This document shows, one piece after another, positions 60,861 through 64,000 of a stretch of DNA of 64,000 bases. Under the pieces are notes generated by a model. That model was not told the DNA's origin. It worked only from the letters and a program-made list of their open reading frames with translations, and made no database searches. The position numbers and the translations under genes were made by a program. Within the stretch, counting starts at the first letter, position 1, and every line of letters starts with the position of its first letter. The DNA comes from Octopus sinensis (lineage: Eukaryota), in NCBI RefSeq assembly GCF_006345805.1, contig NC_042997.1, forward strand, positions 15,190,001 through 15,254,000, given 5' to 3'.

Positions 60861-61059
60861 TATCAATAATATCTGATTAATGTTCAGCCTAAGATTCAGT
60901 GTTGTTGGTGTCGTCACATTTAACTTAGAATTTCTTTTATTCCTCTCTCCTCTTCTACTTCTCTCTCTCTCTCTTATACCCTCCCCTCTATTCCCACAGT
61001 TTCTCGTATAATCCATTCATTTATTCTCTCTTTTCTTTCTTATTATTCCTGTCTGCTCT

Positions 61060-61302
61060 ATGACATCTTTCACTAAAGAAACTTCTTCAAAATGCAGTGC
61101 TCTTGCACTGAAAATTATTGCCGAGTGTTCCACGACCAAAGCCAGGGCTTGCCAACTGACCCTTCCTCATGCATCTGTCCTGACACCTGTCTTCATGCCT
61201 GTCGGTACTCAAGGGACATTAAAAGGATTGCTTCCTGAACAACTTAAACGTCTAGGCTGTAATATCATGCTTGGAAATACCTATCATTTAGGCAATCGAC
61301 CG
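61060..61302 (+). CDS. QTRT1: Queuine tRNA-ribosyltransferase catalytic subunit 1 (eukaryotic TGT), first coding exon (81 codons, phase-0 donor)
   Basis: Translation [81 protein letters not shown] carries the TGT N-terminal signatures [11 protein letters not shown] and LGNTYHL. Similarity stops exactly at a CCG|GTAAAA donor (intron starts 61303). No exon 2 was recognised within the window. Confidence 0.95.
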
Positions 61303-62774
61303 GTAAAATATATTTGTATTACTTTCCATCAGATCACGCAATTAAAATTCCTACGGTATTTAGTTATGGTTCTTTTACGTTGTGTTTAAATCCCGCCAAG
61401 ATCAAATACACCTTGAATTTTTTTCCTGGGGGTCGGTAAAGTAAATAGTCCAACACTAAGGTTGATTTATATTCCGAGAATACATCCTAGATGTAGCTTT
61501 CATTAGATAAACTGTTTTACGTTTTACTACTTAAGCCGCCACGTGCTTGAAGAGGAAAAGTTCGATACAGGGAAATCAATGTAGTTTTCTTTGTAAAGTA
61601 GAAGTAAAATCTTGGTAAGTAGGGACAGCGACTCAAGTTTTGATTCTCTCTTAATGAATATTCTTGCCAAAAGTGACAAAATATAATTGATTTTGTTTTA
61701 TGTGGTAAAAGCCCAAAATAACATATTTGTCCTCTATTGTTGTCACGTTGCTGATAAGGTCTTTTAGTAATTAAAAAAAAAGCATGAACAAGTACCCATC
61801 AGATTTCTTCTCTGCTACACATCTGAGGTGTTGTGCCTTTGTAATTGTTATATTACGGCCTCTTGATCTGCTAGAATTAGCAATCAAATAGCCTTCAAAT
61901 AGTCGGTGGGGCACACTTGTGTAGTTATGTCAGATAACCTACGTCTGAAAACAATATGGGATGTTCATAACTGAAAGTTCTTCTCGATCAGGTGTGACTG
62001 AGGTCTAAACAACAAAGCTCCTGTTAGACGAAGATATGATATAGATAAATACAATTTTCGTAATTACAACTCTTAGTTTTAGTACAGGAGTTTCAAAATA
62101 TCGTAAACTCTCCAACTTAAGAAACGAAAGTAGAAGAAAATTATTCTATACAAAGGGATAACAACATTTGTTTACATTCCCTAAAACCCCTAGACTTCAT
62201 CATTCCTGTATGTAAATCGATAAAGTAAGTAAAGAAATAAATCTGTTTCCGATAGGACAGTGACAGTGGTGGAGATGGCTCAGTACCAAACTAAATGCAA
62301 AAAATTGTGAACAGAATCAACGGAGAAAGAATATTGGAAACCAGTTGCACTGTATTTAACTTCATTTTCCCACTAAAATCGACTGCGCTTTCTATTTGCA
62401 CAGGCTCAATAAGATATGTACTGCTTAATATGTTGATGTCAATTCAATCGATTTTAATCAATAATAATAACAATTTCTTAATTAATTAGACTTCAGGCAA
62501 ATATCAACAAATTTTAATTAAAAAGAACACACACACTCACACACATTGCAATAAATACATATAATTTTTTTTTCTATTTCAGTGCGCAAAAATTTATTGT
62601 GCAAATAATTATTAACTTTGAAAACATTTTCCATTTGCAGCGTTTATTTTATTAGCAGTTACTGATAGTAATTGATCTTTTTTTCTTGTGAACAAAATAC
62701 AACTAAAACCTAGAATGTGTAACAATCCCTAGGTGGCTACAAATGTTAGAGCCCTGCCATTACAGATAACAAAC

Positions 62775-63200
62775 TAAGAACTGGAGATCCTTCGTCCCCA
62801 CATTAACAAAGGTTGTATCACAAAGACTAGGCCTCTTTTCAAAGTCAAAAAATATTTCAGCTCTCAACAATGATTAATCTGATACAAATCTTTGCTACTC
62901 CCCATAGACATACCAGACCTTGTCCAAACTAAGTATATCCAACTGACTGGAGTGATGTCACCAACACTTTATCTTCTGGCCACAGAACTGTCGTCTCCTC
63001 ATTGGTTTTTCTGTCCCTACTACAGTAAACTAGACTCTTCTGATCTGGCTTGTCCTGTGCTATCACCAATCTAGCTTACCTGTCTCATCTCCCATTTTGT
63101 GCACCCCACACCATCCACCATACTAACCACTTTTCCCAGTCCTTCCCACCTAGAATGGAATTCTTTCCAGATTCCGTCCTTGCCCATGTTAGTTGCCCCG
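62775..63200 (+). mobile_element. Decayed CR1/L2-group LINE 3' remnant
   Basis: VSQRLGLFSKSK... and TNHFSQSFPP...FPDSVL resemble post-RT CR1-group motifs; many stops. Confidence 0.5.
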
Positions 63201-63756
63201 CAGCTGTTCAAAGTAGAACATGAACAATGTCAGTCTTGCTGGTTTCAGAAAGCCTACAAAAACCAAGATACAGCCCTTGCACTAGTCCAAATAATAAAAT
63301 AACTAATTCTGAACGTTTGGCTTTGAATCGTCTTTTCTGAAGTGGGCTTTAGAGTCATGCCAACACCTTCATCCTTATTGACACTATGTATAAAATGTTC
63401 AGAAAAACAAGTTCAGCATCCATACCATAAAGTTTCATGGTATTTATACCAATCACATTACGTCCATGCTTGTATGGGTTAGGTGAGTCTAATTTTGAGG
63501 CACCATTTTATGGCTAGATGCATACGTTGGAATCTTCAGTTACTGGGCCTCACAGAGGGATGACAGGGAACCGTGACTCCTGGCAGTTTGCTGTGCTTGA
63601 GAAGACACATCAAATTAAGTAAAATTGTGGTTGTCCTTGCATACAGGCATTCCTTGGCATCTTTCTCCAGTTGAGTGTTCCTAATCTTGTGAGCTTGTGA
63701 GTGCTGGTGTCATGTGAAAAGCACCTGTACGGGTGTCACATAAATGCACCTATATC

Positions 63757-64000
63757 CTCATCATTATCGTTTAACGTCTGCTTTCCGTGCTAGCATGGGT
63801 TGGACAGTTTGACCAGGGTCTGGGAAGCCAGGAGGCTGCATCAGCTGGATGCTCTTCCTAATGCCAGCCACTCCGTGAGTGTAGTGGGTGCTTTTTACGT
63901 GCCACCGGCACAGGTGCCAGGGGAGGCTGGCAGTGGCCATGATCGGTTGGTGCTTTTTACGTGCCACCAGCACAGAAGCCAGTCAAGGCAGCACTTGCAT
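63757..64000 (-). mobile_element. RTE LINE 3'-UTR copy, truncated by the window end
   Basis: catcattatcgtttaacgtctgctttccgtgctagcatgggttggac... plus internal units. Confidence 0.85.

Noticed and set aside
61303-61389. Extension of the QTRT1 ORF to 109 aa as in the ORF track
   Set aside because: Similarity to TGT ends at the GT donor; the remainder is intron read-through.

Overview
AT-rich, repeat-dense eukaryotic DNA. The SINE/LINE content, (GAT)n-tailed RTE copies and very abundant AT/GT/AAT microsatellites suggest an octopod (Octopus-like) genome; this is inference. Only one protein-coding gene is securely recognisable: the first coding exon of queuine tRNA-ribosyltransferase catalytic subunit 1 (QTRT1/TGT, + strand, 61060-61302). 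It lies downstream of a CpG-retaining promoter with NRF1-, CRE- and CCAAT-like motifs. Most of the rest is transposon-derived: a 2.7-kb 5'-truncated RTE LINE with an almost intact RT and a PHD-like finger, and about 10 further copies of its 3' UTR; CR1, R4/Dong, HERO-like and Penelope-like remnants; several tRNA-derived SINE families with swapped modules; mariner remnants; and hAT, piggyBac and Tc1/mariner MITEs. A CpG-decayed tRNA-Asp(GTC) pseudogene is also present. The most interesting observations are: a minimal hammerhead-ribozyme-like motif in the Penelope-like remnant; a fold-back MITE whose two 198-bp arms both encode a transposase C-terminus around a captured LINE-like spacer; and a scattered set of candidate minus-strand exons and micro-exons that may belong to an unidentified long gene head-to-head with QTRT1. 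Nearly all short ORFs in the supplied track are artefacts of microsatellites and repeats. Family names A-E are working labels, and identities were estimated by eye.
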